NCBI GenBank assembly: GCA_000934665.2
Contig: KZ538102.1
Coordinates: forward strand, 62,001 to 126,000
Length of the DNA stretch: 64,000 nucleotides
Origin: Catajapyx aquilonaris
Lineage: Eukaryota
Direction: 5' to 3'
A program made the translations under genes and the position numbers. Shown piece by piece: positions 10,901 to 22,900 of the stretch (positions within the stretch are counted from its first letter, which is position 1; every line of letters starts with the position of its first letter). The notes below the pieces were generated by a model. The model was given only the letters and a program-made list of their open reading frames with translations, made no database searches and was not told the origin of the DNA.

Positions 10901-13900
10901 TGGAGAGAAGTGTAGCAAACTCTACTTTGCAAACTCAAAAATTACCTGCTCCAAATGCATACACCACGTTTTCCTCTATATTGCTCTTGTAAACTCAAAG
11001 CTTATATGCAGCATATTACTCTACCTAGTGTTCTACTGGGTCATGGCTGCCTGTGCACCCCTCACACAGTTTTTGCATCCACTAACAGCTAGCAAACAAA
11101 CAGTTAGGGGATCTGATAACTCCCTTGGACTGAAACTCAGAACTGATGGAACAAGTAACGCAAATACCAATAGGAACTGAAAAGAGGCCATGTTTCTGTT
11201 CTGGGTCACTTCCGACTTCACCACTGAACGCAGTAGAGCGGATTTGAGGAAGCGCACCTCTTGCTCCTGCAGACCATCCATGATTTCCTCCAGGTCTGCA
11301 TCGCTTTTGATCCTGGCCCCAACACGGTTGAACCTCTCCCGGTCCTCCCGTTGCTTCCTCAGCTCAGGAAACACCTTCTCGAAGAATTCCCGGTTCTTTG
11401 CCTCCTTGGCCTTCCGCTTCTGCGAGCCCTCCACCTTCTCCACCTTGCGAGTCCAGTCCTGCATCAGACGCGAGTAGGTCTTGGTCAAGAAGCGCTCCCA
11501 CGCCTCGCGCTGTTGGTGTTGCTGCTTGAAATGCTGGATCAGCTGCTTCTTTATTAACAGGTACCTGTCACAGTGAACAAAAATTAGCCCATGCCTCACA
11601 AAAGCAATGCTTCTACACAGTACCTTCTCTTGTTCTCATGGTACACAGCCATGTCAGATGGTTGATTGTACAGGGGCTGTAGGGAAAAAAATTTCACTGT
11701 TAGTAAGAGGTCATTCATCCAAGGTGGCTAACTTACAGACCCTTACGAAATAGCTCTGCAGCTGAAAGCCACAGTTGTCTGTGACAACTCGAGAATAATA
11801 AAGGGAAATAGCTATGTCCTGGAGGCTGAGAGATAACCTGGGGACTTGCATTTCCACTGAATTGAGCAACTAGAAGTATCTCAGTGTTCTCTCCCATCCC
11901 AGCTAATTAGAGAGGAAGAAGTTGAAAAACTTGTTCCTGGTATGTAACGGCTCAAATACATTCAAAATGAAAATAGCCATGTGGTGTAAAACCATAAAGA
12001 TCAAAAGTACACACATTATACTTCATATCAGTTAACCCTTAACTATGTAGGTGGAGCCTGAGAGGCTCCAAGCACTATTAAACGCATGTAACTTTTTCAT
12101 TAAATTTTATTATCCCCTGTCCTTCCGTTACTTTGTCAGAAAAACCTTCCTAAGCATGGAAAGGAAAGAAAAAAATTTTTAGTCCCTATTCTTTGGGTTT
12201 AAAAAATTCGTAACGAGGAACAGGTCCCTCCTGAAACCGCTCAGGCTCTATATCTCAGGTGAAGCCTGAGCGGCTCAAACACATGATGTAACCTTTTAAT
12301 AAAAAAATTTTCCCTGTCGGAATATGCTGACTCAGCGTGTGATTTTTACGTTTTCGGAAGCCTAATGATCTGAACTGCACTTTCTGTATGTGAAAAGTCC
12401 AATATAATAATTTAGTTGATAAGCAGAAATTTAAATATACCGTTGAAGCCTCTCAGGCTCCACCTACGTAGTTAAAGGTGTTTCACCCACCTACGTAGTT
12501 AAGGGTTAAAATTATATTTCTAAAGTTGCAATTCATTCAATTGAAAATGCTGCTTTCCCATATCCTAAGTTCTTTGGACTGTGTCTAATGCCAATGAATC
12601 TACATGACTTGTAGCAAGGCCTATCCAATATTTTGAATTCTAAGCATACCATTGCCTTGCATAGTAACCCATGTGGCTCAACATTTTCATAATGTTTCTA
12701 CACCCTGTGCACAAAAATGCTTGTAGTAGGGAATAAATCCTTACCAACTCCACCTTGGGACCTAACTTCTCCAGCAAATCATGAGCCTCCTGAGCTTTTT
12801 TCTGAAACAATGCAAACAATCTCATCATACAGGCTCTGCTCACACCCAAATCCTCAGATCACTCACCCTATTTTCTGCATAGATCTTTTGTGCTAGACTC
12901 TGATGCTTTGGTTGTGAGCACTCCTCCTCCTCCTTATCATGGGCAGGCTTGTTGGCAGTCTCCTCCAACTCTTGCTGCAACGTCACCAATATTGTTAATA
13001 TTATTTTCTGGTCCCCCGTTATTTTTTTAAAATGTTTCCATGCAGAAAAGCACATTTTACGAGCACAGAGCAAGTATTAGCAGCTCCACCCACCTGCTTC
13101 TTCTTCAGCTTTGCAATCTGTGACTCAGCCTTGGCAATTTCCCTGTCCACCTTGGCAATTTGCTGCAGGAGATCGTCCTTTGTGGATCTTAGCGGAGACT
13201 CATCTCGAAGAGGCTCTGAGGGTAGGGTTGGGGAAATGGCTTCCACCTGAGGGTTGTATGCTGGGCCCTGAAGAAAGAAAATTTATAATGCAGGGATTTA
13301 CAAGTATTACAGAGCATATCAATGGCAATGTCTTCAGTTGCACCACCTCACTTGTCAATTAAAGTACTCCCACAAGAATTAAACAGCCCAATAGAACGAG
13401 GCCCAGCAAGGTTGTTGGGTGTGCTGCATATATTTTGAGAACCACACTAAACATAAGCCAGCTGATTCGAAATTTATGATACAGATTCAAGAACTGATTG
13501 TTCCACAGCATCATTCTATTACCATCTTGTCTATGACAGCAGCCTCTCCATGATTTTACACAACAAGACGAATTAGAACACCTCAAGTCAATCAGACATG
13601 ACCTGTCCTCTAGCATTCCACTTGACTGTCAGTGTCAAAGAAGTGCACCTGCACATCTTAGAATCTACACTTTCGAATTAAAACCACAACACTGCACTTG
13701 CAATTGGAGATAAATTCCCACACATGAGCACTGGTTGAAAACAATCAAACTCCCCTCCACCCCCTCCCAGTCCCACCCACCCCCTTTTTCCATGGAAGGA
13801 GGCCATTGTTCCGGGGGAGGGGAGGGGGGGGGGGGCGCCTGGGTCACACAAGACGCACAATGGAATGAAAACCACCCCCATACTCCCCCACACAAAAAAG

Positions 13901-16900
13901 AATATACGGGCATCCCCCCCTTCCTCCTCCCTTCTTTTCTCTTGGTGATTACCGCCAGCTCTCTAACGATCCGTGCGGCCATCTTGCAGGTACAAAGGTC
14001 ACACATGAAGGGAAAAAAAGGGGGTTGCCCAGGCAGCAGCAGGGTCGCGTGGGTAGACAGAGAAAGGTCTCTGAAGGAGGGACACCAAGGCGCATGGGTG
14101 AAGGATAGGATGCAGGAATCAGTCACGAAACTTTTCCCTGACCTTCCTCGAGGGCAGCACCCATCCCGAGCCTACAAGACTCTCGCATCCAACCAGCATC
14201 CGAACAAGTACCACAACATCTGTGGAACACACAACTTGGAAGTAACCCCCCCAGTCGATACTATCAGTCGCAATGCTGCCAATTCACCTGATGGCTACCA
14301 TGCACCAAAGTTTGTTTCTCCGCGCCAAGAGTGCTAACTATATCCCCAGGATACGTTTTTAAACATTTTCCAGCCGTAAAACATCCAGCCCTAAAAATAC
14401 CACCGCACCCATCCTGCCATAGAATGCACTTGCCCATCTTCACTTTGCACTTCGTCCTCCACAAGGTCGACAAAAATCACCACTACAAAAAAAAAAAATC
14501 CGTCCTTTTTTTCCCCCCCCATCCAACTGCATGATCGATGGCGGTTCATCGCACCACAGCCTTGCATTAGGATCCCCCTCCCCCTCCCCCCATGCACCTC
14601 CGCATCAGTTTGTCAAAAAAAAAAAAAAAATGCATATAAAGAAACCCAGACTCTCTGTTCCTTGGCCATCAGCCATACTTCCTAAACCATAGGATATCCT
14701 CTCTTCCTTATTATGGGCAGGAAGGCGCGGGGTACCACTCGTGCTGGTGGCCTTGCACTCCCACCAACTACATTTCCTAGGGTCCACCTATCTCTTTTCA
14801 CTCTCTCAATAAAAAAGAAGGGAAAGGGGGGCAATCCCTCAGTAACACCCGAATGTCCTACCTAACACTAGGTAACAAGTTACATTCAATTAACGTGAAC
14901 TGCAAAAAAATAAAGTTCACAGGCTATTCATGTTACTGTGGCCCTGAAGGTGTCCAGTTCATATTTGCTCCTCCACTTCTCCAGGTCCTATCCAGTGTCC
15001 TAAGACAGTAGTGTTAATTGATCCTCCACTTCTCTGATGGAAGGTGTCACATCCCCCACCCCTTCTGGAGTCAATTGGATGCGCCTCGTCAGCTCCTTTC
15101 CTAACCCATCTGCCAGACACAATCGAACTGTATCTCGATTCATTCCCAGAAAACCCACTTTTCGGCCCCCAAATTGGATCAAGCCTAGGCCTCTAGGGAA
15201 CCAGTGGCGGCATCTCGCTCAGCATGGACCGGGAGGAACCAGATTTTTGTTCCACTCCCCATTCTCATTAGGACAGAAACCAAAACATATAGAGAGGAAC
15301 CAGTCATTTATACACCTGCATGACGGTGCCCCCATCCATCCTCCCTCCACACATGCACACAATGGGCAATCGATGCAAATGTTTCTAATGGCGGCTGCCT
15401 GGCCTTGGCAACTTCATAACGTGCCCTCGGGGATGGATACAGTAACACTATCGCCAAGGCCGCTCGTGTGCGTTTGGGTGTAGTTGTTCCACACACAGGA
15501 TGTTGACGCGCAGATAACAGCAGCCGCATTCATGGATGTGTGTCCACAACCAAATGGTTTGAACCACAGCAGCCCCCACCCCCCTATGCTGCTACAGGAT
15601 GGTTGTAAAACCACATGAACCCTCTTGCACAAGACTAAACCGAACTCTGCATCTCACTTATGGGCTAAAGAGTACATTAACATAAAATTTCTGAAATGCC
15701 CTTTAAATCCACCTCTCCCAACATCTCAGATTAATTTGATTATATCTTAGCATTCTAATTAAGAGATAGGAAAGGCAGGGTCTATATACGTTACGGGCGC
15801 AGAAGTATAAGCACTGCAGCAACCCCACCCTGGTGGTGCCATATTCCCAAGATGACTATAAAACAGTAGTATGTAGTTCACACACACACACCCTTCAAGA
15901 ATACTAACTGTTGATCAATGTCCACATCATTCTACTAAAAATAGGCACACCATACAACTATAAAACTGGAACCCTGATCCTTATCATCCACTTGGAGTGG
16001 AACCACACCTCCCTTGTAGTTAATACTACATATAATTATTATATATCACTTTTGTGATTGATGGCATTATCAAATTCCCTCCCAATACGCAGAATATTTG
16101 CAACATACTGTATGTGAAGATCTTGGTATGAGGCTCACAGTTGGGAAGAGACGTACCCTGGTCCTCTCGGTGTCGATGCGCAGCGGCTGCAACAACTCCG
16201 GCCTGGATTCGCCAAGTCGAAGTCTCTTAAAAGGCGGGTTGCCAGAGTCCGTCGAGGGCATGAGTGGTTCCCTTGGGTCCCGAAATGCATCAGTCCTATA
16301 TGGAAAAAGACATTCGTATCAGATGTGTAAAAATACAGTGAAAGCCACCCAAAATACACTTAAAATATCAGTTTGTCAATTGCACCTTGTGACATCTAAT
16401 CCTCTTTTCTTTCCAAAATTATGAGGAATATTACCAAACAACTGATGTCATATTGACCACATGAGTTACACATGCTATATGCCTTATCACCTTCTGGTAT
16501 TGGTCAACGTGGCTCTTACATATGGCAGTCTCCACTAGATTACATAATGAGTGGTTCCACAAATCCACTTAATACAACATTGCAGCTGCAAAAATCTCAA
16601 TCAGCTGATGAGAGACATCCTGCAATAGCAGGCCTAGAGATAATGCCAAACACGTTGACAATTTTTATTTACAAAGTGTACAGTCAGCTGTCATTATCTT
16701 TAGGATTATCCTATTCGTAATACTACCTACGATCTGCATTTGCATGTCTCGTGGTGCACTATCAACTCCCCAATGTCACTGATTTCACACGCCACTGAAA
16801 TCCAAATGTCACTCTTGCAAGGACTGGATATGTAATTACGCTCTCAGCAGGGGGGTGTATAATTTATGTAAATCAATAGCACGGTATTGCATGATTCCAA

Positions 16901-19900
16901 TTACTACTGTATTAAAAATTAAAACTTGCTCAGTTATGAAATTGACTATGCATTCAGCCTTCTTTCTGCAAATGTCTTCCAGCATATTGTTTGTGACCTT
17001 CCTACATGAATAATCATAATACTTCTGTCAAATCACTCTGTACTAAGAAAGCTTCACCCACCCATAAGGACACGCTCTTCCCTGAGGGTACTCAGGGTGC
17101 AGAGGTGGCGGTTGCTGCTGCGGTGGTGGTTGCTGCTGCTGCGGCGGTTGCTGCTGCGAAGGAGGCTGTTGTTGTTGCTGCTGTTGCTGCTGCGGCGAGG
17201 GTGCATGACTTGGAGGCATGCTCTGGGGCATGGATGGGGGCATGGAGAGGGGCAGGATGGGAAGGGGCAAGGGCATGTGAAGGGGCAGGGACATGGATGG
17301 CTGCTGCTGCTGCTGGGGCTGTTGCTGCTGTTGTTGCTGCGACGATTGGGACCCGGCTCCACTAGAGGCGCTCTGCGAAGGTGGAGGTGGCGGCTGAGGC
17401 GGAGGCGGAGGTGGTGGCGGCCCTGGGGCGAGCAGGGTGAGCCGGGCGGGGGGCGCAGAGGAGGAGGATGGGGCCGTGGACCCCGGGGCGGGCGCACCCA
17501 GGGGCGGCCCGGGGGGAGGCGGCGGAGGGCCACCCGCTGCCGGGCCAGGCCCTCCCGATCCGTCGCGCTCCCCGTGCCTCTCGGGCTGAAGGCGAAACAC
17601 GGATCTCATCACTTCCTCTCCCACACTCCACTGCAAACGTTATTGCATTCCGACTTGGCCACTAGTCTACACAGATATGCGATTCACATGCTGCAGACTG
17701 GCCTGGGTCAACAGGGTCAAGCACTGCCTCATGCTGCCACAGGACTCAAATGGAACTTGACACCTACCACTATCATACACAACCAGACATATGGTCAACC
17801 CTAGTAAAAATTCGAAACAAATTCGTCCAGATTTAAATAGTTAAAAACTTGTGTTAAGTCACATGACAGGATATGCATACTCATCCCAAAAATTACAACC
17901 CGAGGCATATGATTTGGGAATAAAAATTCTCCCACCACTCTAAACTGGACATCCAATCTGTGGCTTACACCAGGACTTTCATGACTACATTTTTCCCCTT
18001 CCCACATATACGCACCCCCTCTGGCAAGATGAAAAAATAATTAGAATATTACTTCTGCCCATTACTTTCCATTCGGAATCGAAAGTCATTTGGAAAATAT
18101 CGCGTTCATACAGAATAGGTCACTCCAACATTGCTTCTGAAGCACGATAATAATTCAACTAATGGAAAATCACTACTCCGTAGCGCCGCAGGGCACACAC
18201 TTACAGGCAGCGTAATAACCCTCCCAGCAGCTGATACATCAAACTGCAATAAATCACGGCCCCATTGCATTTACATTCTTAAGAATCCTCCAGTTATTGG
18301 TATCCAATAGGGCGTGTCTAATGGGGACACCCTGGAATTATACCGCCTGCAATGCCACGTGACCTCCAGGGTTGCCGCAGCAATGGGCAAGATATATTTA
18401 GTGTCGTCGTATCCAGACATGATATTCCGTGTGTCAGGCGTGCATCAGGCAGACCAATGGTGCGAACACCTGCCATGCAAGTTTCACAGTGGAACGACCT
18501 TCCTTCCAGCTCAGCAGAGGACAACGTTGCTGAATCAATATGGCCTCCACCAACCAACGACCCAACACTAGTGGGGTCGGCGGGGGGTGGGAGGGTGGTC
18601 TCTCCCACCCACCACCCACCCCTCCCACCCGACGAACCACCCCCCTTGAAAAACCTTCTGTCTGAAGGAGCTTGACTCACGAAAAGCCCCGTACACTGAC
18701 CCACCAATATGGGGCACAAGAGAGTTGCCAGGTACGGGGAAATACTTGGTCATGCCGGGAAACGACATGTCGGTTGACGAATCTGATATTATTAACACAA
18801 TATGCAATGGCCAATTTCGGTAACCAATTGGGCCAAGATGCTCCAGCTGATGCATCGAAATTTATGGCAACACTGTTGCTGGTGGGGGGTCACCGGCAAC
18901 AGCGCAACTCCTCCAGGTTCCCCCATTGTAAAGATCCACCTGGGTGCGCCAGCATGTTGGAAAGGTGGAGTGTGAAACACGGACTTGGAATAAAAGGCAA
19001 GGAGGGATGTTGCAGAAGAGGTAAGGTCAACGACTCCCCTCCTGGGGGCTATGTTGCCAGCACTTTTTTTTTAAATCTATATATTGTTTCTCATGAGGTC
19101 AGTCGGGCAATCCATCCATGACTACCACCGCATACTTCCATCNCCCCCACACTTTCCTATTCCAGGAACATCTTCCGGACGCACTTGGATTACTAATGGA
19201 GCCGGAACACGAACCGATGGGAGCTTCCATCACTTCCCATTTACATGCTAGTAATATTACATTACAAAACCCCCGTTAGACATTACTGTCATCAAAATGT
19301 TACACAATTCGCAAACGAACAGTCACATCACAGCACAATATTTACACCCCCTTCAAAACTTCGAGTTATGCAATGTCACACATGACCATATATCCGAAAA
19401 CTTCCCCCTTCGTCCTCGGCACATATTTCACGGTGTATTGAAGATTTGGGAAGCGTGACACTACGTATCTGTAACCCAAAGTCGAGACCCCCATTCCCAT
19501 GCAATGAGTTGCATGCTTCTTGACTTCTCTTTTCCCCTTCCTTCCACAAAGGAACTACGCATAAAAAAGCATATGTAAAAAAAAATGAAAAGTGTTTCGC
19601 TTGCATGGATGGGAACCAGTCCCACAACGGCAACTCCGCGAATCCTCGCACCATCTACACACCAAAAAAAAAACTAGCAAGACTATTTCCTCCACAATCG
19701 AAGGACAGGGCGGGGTCAACCCTGCATGCTTGACAATACGCGCACCTGTTCTAAAAACAAACGGTCTACCGGTACTCGCACACCTACTTCCTATCCCCCT
19801 ATTTCCTCAGTGACGTTTTGGCTGATAACTGCCAAAGATAACCTGCCAAATATCCCCCCCAAAAAATCGACAACGTCTGATTCTTTGTCTGTGGGAAGGA

Positions 19901-22900
19901 CGATGACACGTTCCGATTAAAAAAAGATGGGGCAGACCCTGGATCGAACCAATCGATGTCCGGGCGGCCATCTTGGTACGACCACCAAGATGGCTGCCAG
20001 ATATTCGGGGGAAATGTCTGGAAATGACCACTTCTGAAGATGGCCGAGGGTTTCATTTCGAGTTGATCCAACTCAATTACAAGCGGTTTCTTTTCGAAAA
20101 TGCCCGTAACGGCTCGGTCTCATTTACATGGTGGAAAACGTACTGGCGGAAAAGCTCAGTCGGCATCGTAACTTTCAAATGGCGGGGGAAGTCAATGCGT
20201 TTTCGTCACGACAACCTCCGAAGAAAATAGTTATGACGCATAAAAGCTTGAAGGAAAAATCACATTCTCATAAACCGGATTTTCATTGGGACGCAATGCA
20301 CCGATAGAAAGCCGTAGCAAGCTTAGCAATTATATGACATTACTATATAAACTTTCCTCGAACAATTCCAGAGTTCAACACACCGCATACCCTGGCACTC
20401 AGGGTATTCGGGATTGCTTGAAGGCAATGTAGCCAACATAAGACGGATGATACCTTGAATCCTGCCAGAGAGAAAGTTGCTCATATTCGGCGGATATAGA
20501 TGGGCTTTTTCCCACATCACTTTTCCAGAATTCCCAATCGAGGGTACTGGGGGGAAAAAATGTTTCGGTTTTCTTGCCGGAATGGAGAAGAAAAGCGCCA
20601 GCTTCCGCTCCAGCTCCCGTTTTGATTGCCCGGGTTTCCGCCAAAAACTGGGCTGAAACCAATTCGGACCAAGATGCCAAACTAGCCCCTGCCAAATATT
20701 TGAGGTTGGCTATATTGCAGATCGTGGCGTAAAATCCGACAAATTGAACCTTCGACCCCCCCCCCCCCCCCCNCTTGGGATGTACGAGGGCTGTGGCTAA
20801 CGACTTCAAAATGTGCAATGCAAAGTTCTTTGCGCAAATGGTGACGCCGCTGTTATTTGATCCGCAAGGACATGTGCAGCACACACGACAAAAAAAAAAA
20901 CATGCGTCGTCTTCCCAATGCGGCTGTTACAGAAATGTCCCTCATGCGCTGTTTTGTGTGTGTGCTAATTTTCCTACCGAACCTGGAGACTTGCGACACG
21001 AGATGCCACAATGCGTGTCATTCTGCGAATCCCAAGAATTAAACCCGCTCAGTACCCGTTTTCCCAAAAACGGGTATTGCAAAATTAAGTCTGTCCGTGC
21101 CCACCCTAAAATGGGCTCGCATGCTACACCGACGTTAAAACCCAAGGTAGAAATCGTAAAACCTAGATATTGTCGCAATCAAAAAACTCGGCCAGCTCTA
21201 CTCGCTACTATTTCCCACCTATACGCTTTTTGTTGACCGTACGTACCACCTTTGCAAAGCACCCGTCTATTTAAGTGTGCGGCCCCAGCAGTGTTCGTGG
21301 CATTGAGCGAAAAATACAATCGCTCCACGGCATCCATTTCATGCGTAATAAAAGTTGTTCATTTTAAGCTTGCAAGTTTAAAGTTCCGCACATAAAATCA
21401 GCAAATAATCTCAAGTATTCTCAGATGGCCGATTCCGCCATAAAAATCTGCTACGATAGCATAAATGCTCCTTCTATCTCCAGGAAGTTGAGCAACTCAT
21501 GAAAATGAAGTACTACACCATCCGGTAGATAACCAACTGAAGGTGTACGGTCCAAATACATAGACCATGGTTTCGCATCACCTAGCTATATCTATCCAGC
21601 ACCCTCCGGTTATCCCATAAACTAGAGTGGAATCGAGGCTCTGGATCCCATCTAATCCTTGGCTGGTCAGGTAACGTGATCCTCAATGCAATTAGTCAGC
21701 CAAAGTCAGGCTGTCCGCCAGCAGCACGTTCGACGGCGTTTGGTCGCTCGTGCTGCGGGCTCACGTGAGCCCCTGCTGGCGCCCTTATCCCCCAGCACCT
21801 TGCCAAACCCACAGGATTTATCTACACGTATTTTTTTTTTAACTAAAAAAATGCACAAAAAATTTTGGGCATGATATCTATGCACGCACTGCACCGTTTT
21901 TTCCTAGTACTGCAACTGGCCTTCACCGGTGGTTTTGGTCATACTTCCGGACTACCAAGATGGCCGCCATCATCTTGATCGAGGGGATTAGCCAGGTCCT
22001 AATCTGACAGCATAAGTCCTGAATCCTGCCCCCCTTGAGAGGGACTTGGCAGTGCAAATGGCGGGGCAACCTTATCTCTTTTTCTCAGTGACGCACCAGA
22101 ATCAGCCGGGCAAGGAGAGGACCCAATTCCCACACCAGTGGTGCATGAGGCAACAGCCCACTGACAACCAGGGGGTACATGGGGAATAAAATTATATTGT
22201 CGCGCTAGGCTTGACCACAAATGTTACCGCTCGCTTGGCTGGTCAGCCGGCTGCTACCGATCACACATCCTGGATCGGGCTGTGTCAGTGTGAAAACCCT
22301 GACGTGGCACCCACCGTACGCTGTCATGTCTCAAAATCCCGATTCGGCCCATAATTTTATGTGCTTGAACATTAAAGTGTAACTCGGGTGTAATCGATGT
22401 ATGTTCATCACACGAAATTGGGTAACATGACCCTTTCCGCATACGCACACTTTCTGATTCCAAATTCGTCATCGTCTGATCATGCAGGGGGTACCCGGAT
22501 GAGAACTACACTGATAAAATCCAAGTCAGTTTGGCAGAATAATATTACTGAACATTAAATTAGTCTGAATGTAATGTTTATCTCCTTCAGCAAATGGCGG
22601 ATCTCAAATATGTTGTAACTGTGCGTCATGACTGTTAGAAGAACATTCTGCAAATCCAATGTTCAAATGCCAATCCTGGTGCGCACATGCCCGACTTGCA
22701 ATAATTACTGTCATTGTATGCTATGTTATGTGCGTGGAATCTATGCTGCTTGCATTGCTTCTACAGTTAGGACTCGAAGAAATTACAGTAAAACTTCTCT
22801 AAGTCGAATCTCCATGGGACCGGGGAAGAAACTTCGAGTTATAGAAGATTCGAGTGAGGGAAGTTTACAATTTTTTAAGCACACAACTCTATAACGAAGC

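Noticed and set aside
17006..17804. PolyL/polyA/polyR ORFs on the + strand
   Set aside because: Antisense reading of the CAG-rich NCoR exon 3.
19930..19960. GGTTCGATCC B-box-like word on the minus strand (tRNA/SINE)
   Set aside because: No convincing A-box or cloverleaf.
20391..20520. Possible alternative NCoR exon ending at CAGG|GTATGC
   Set aside because: The exit phase (1) of the open frame does not match exon 3 (phase 0), and there is no clear acceptor.
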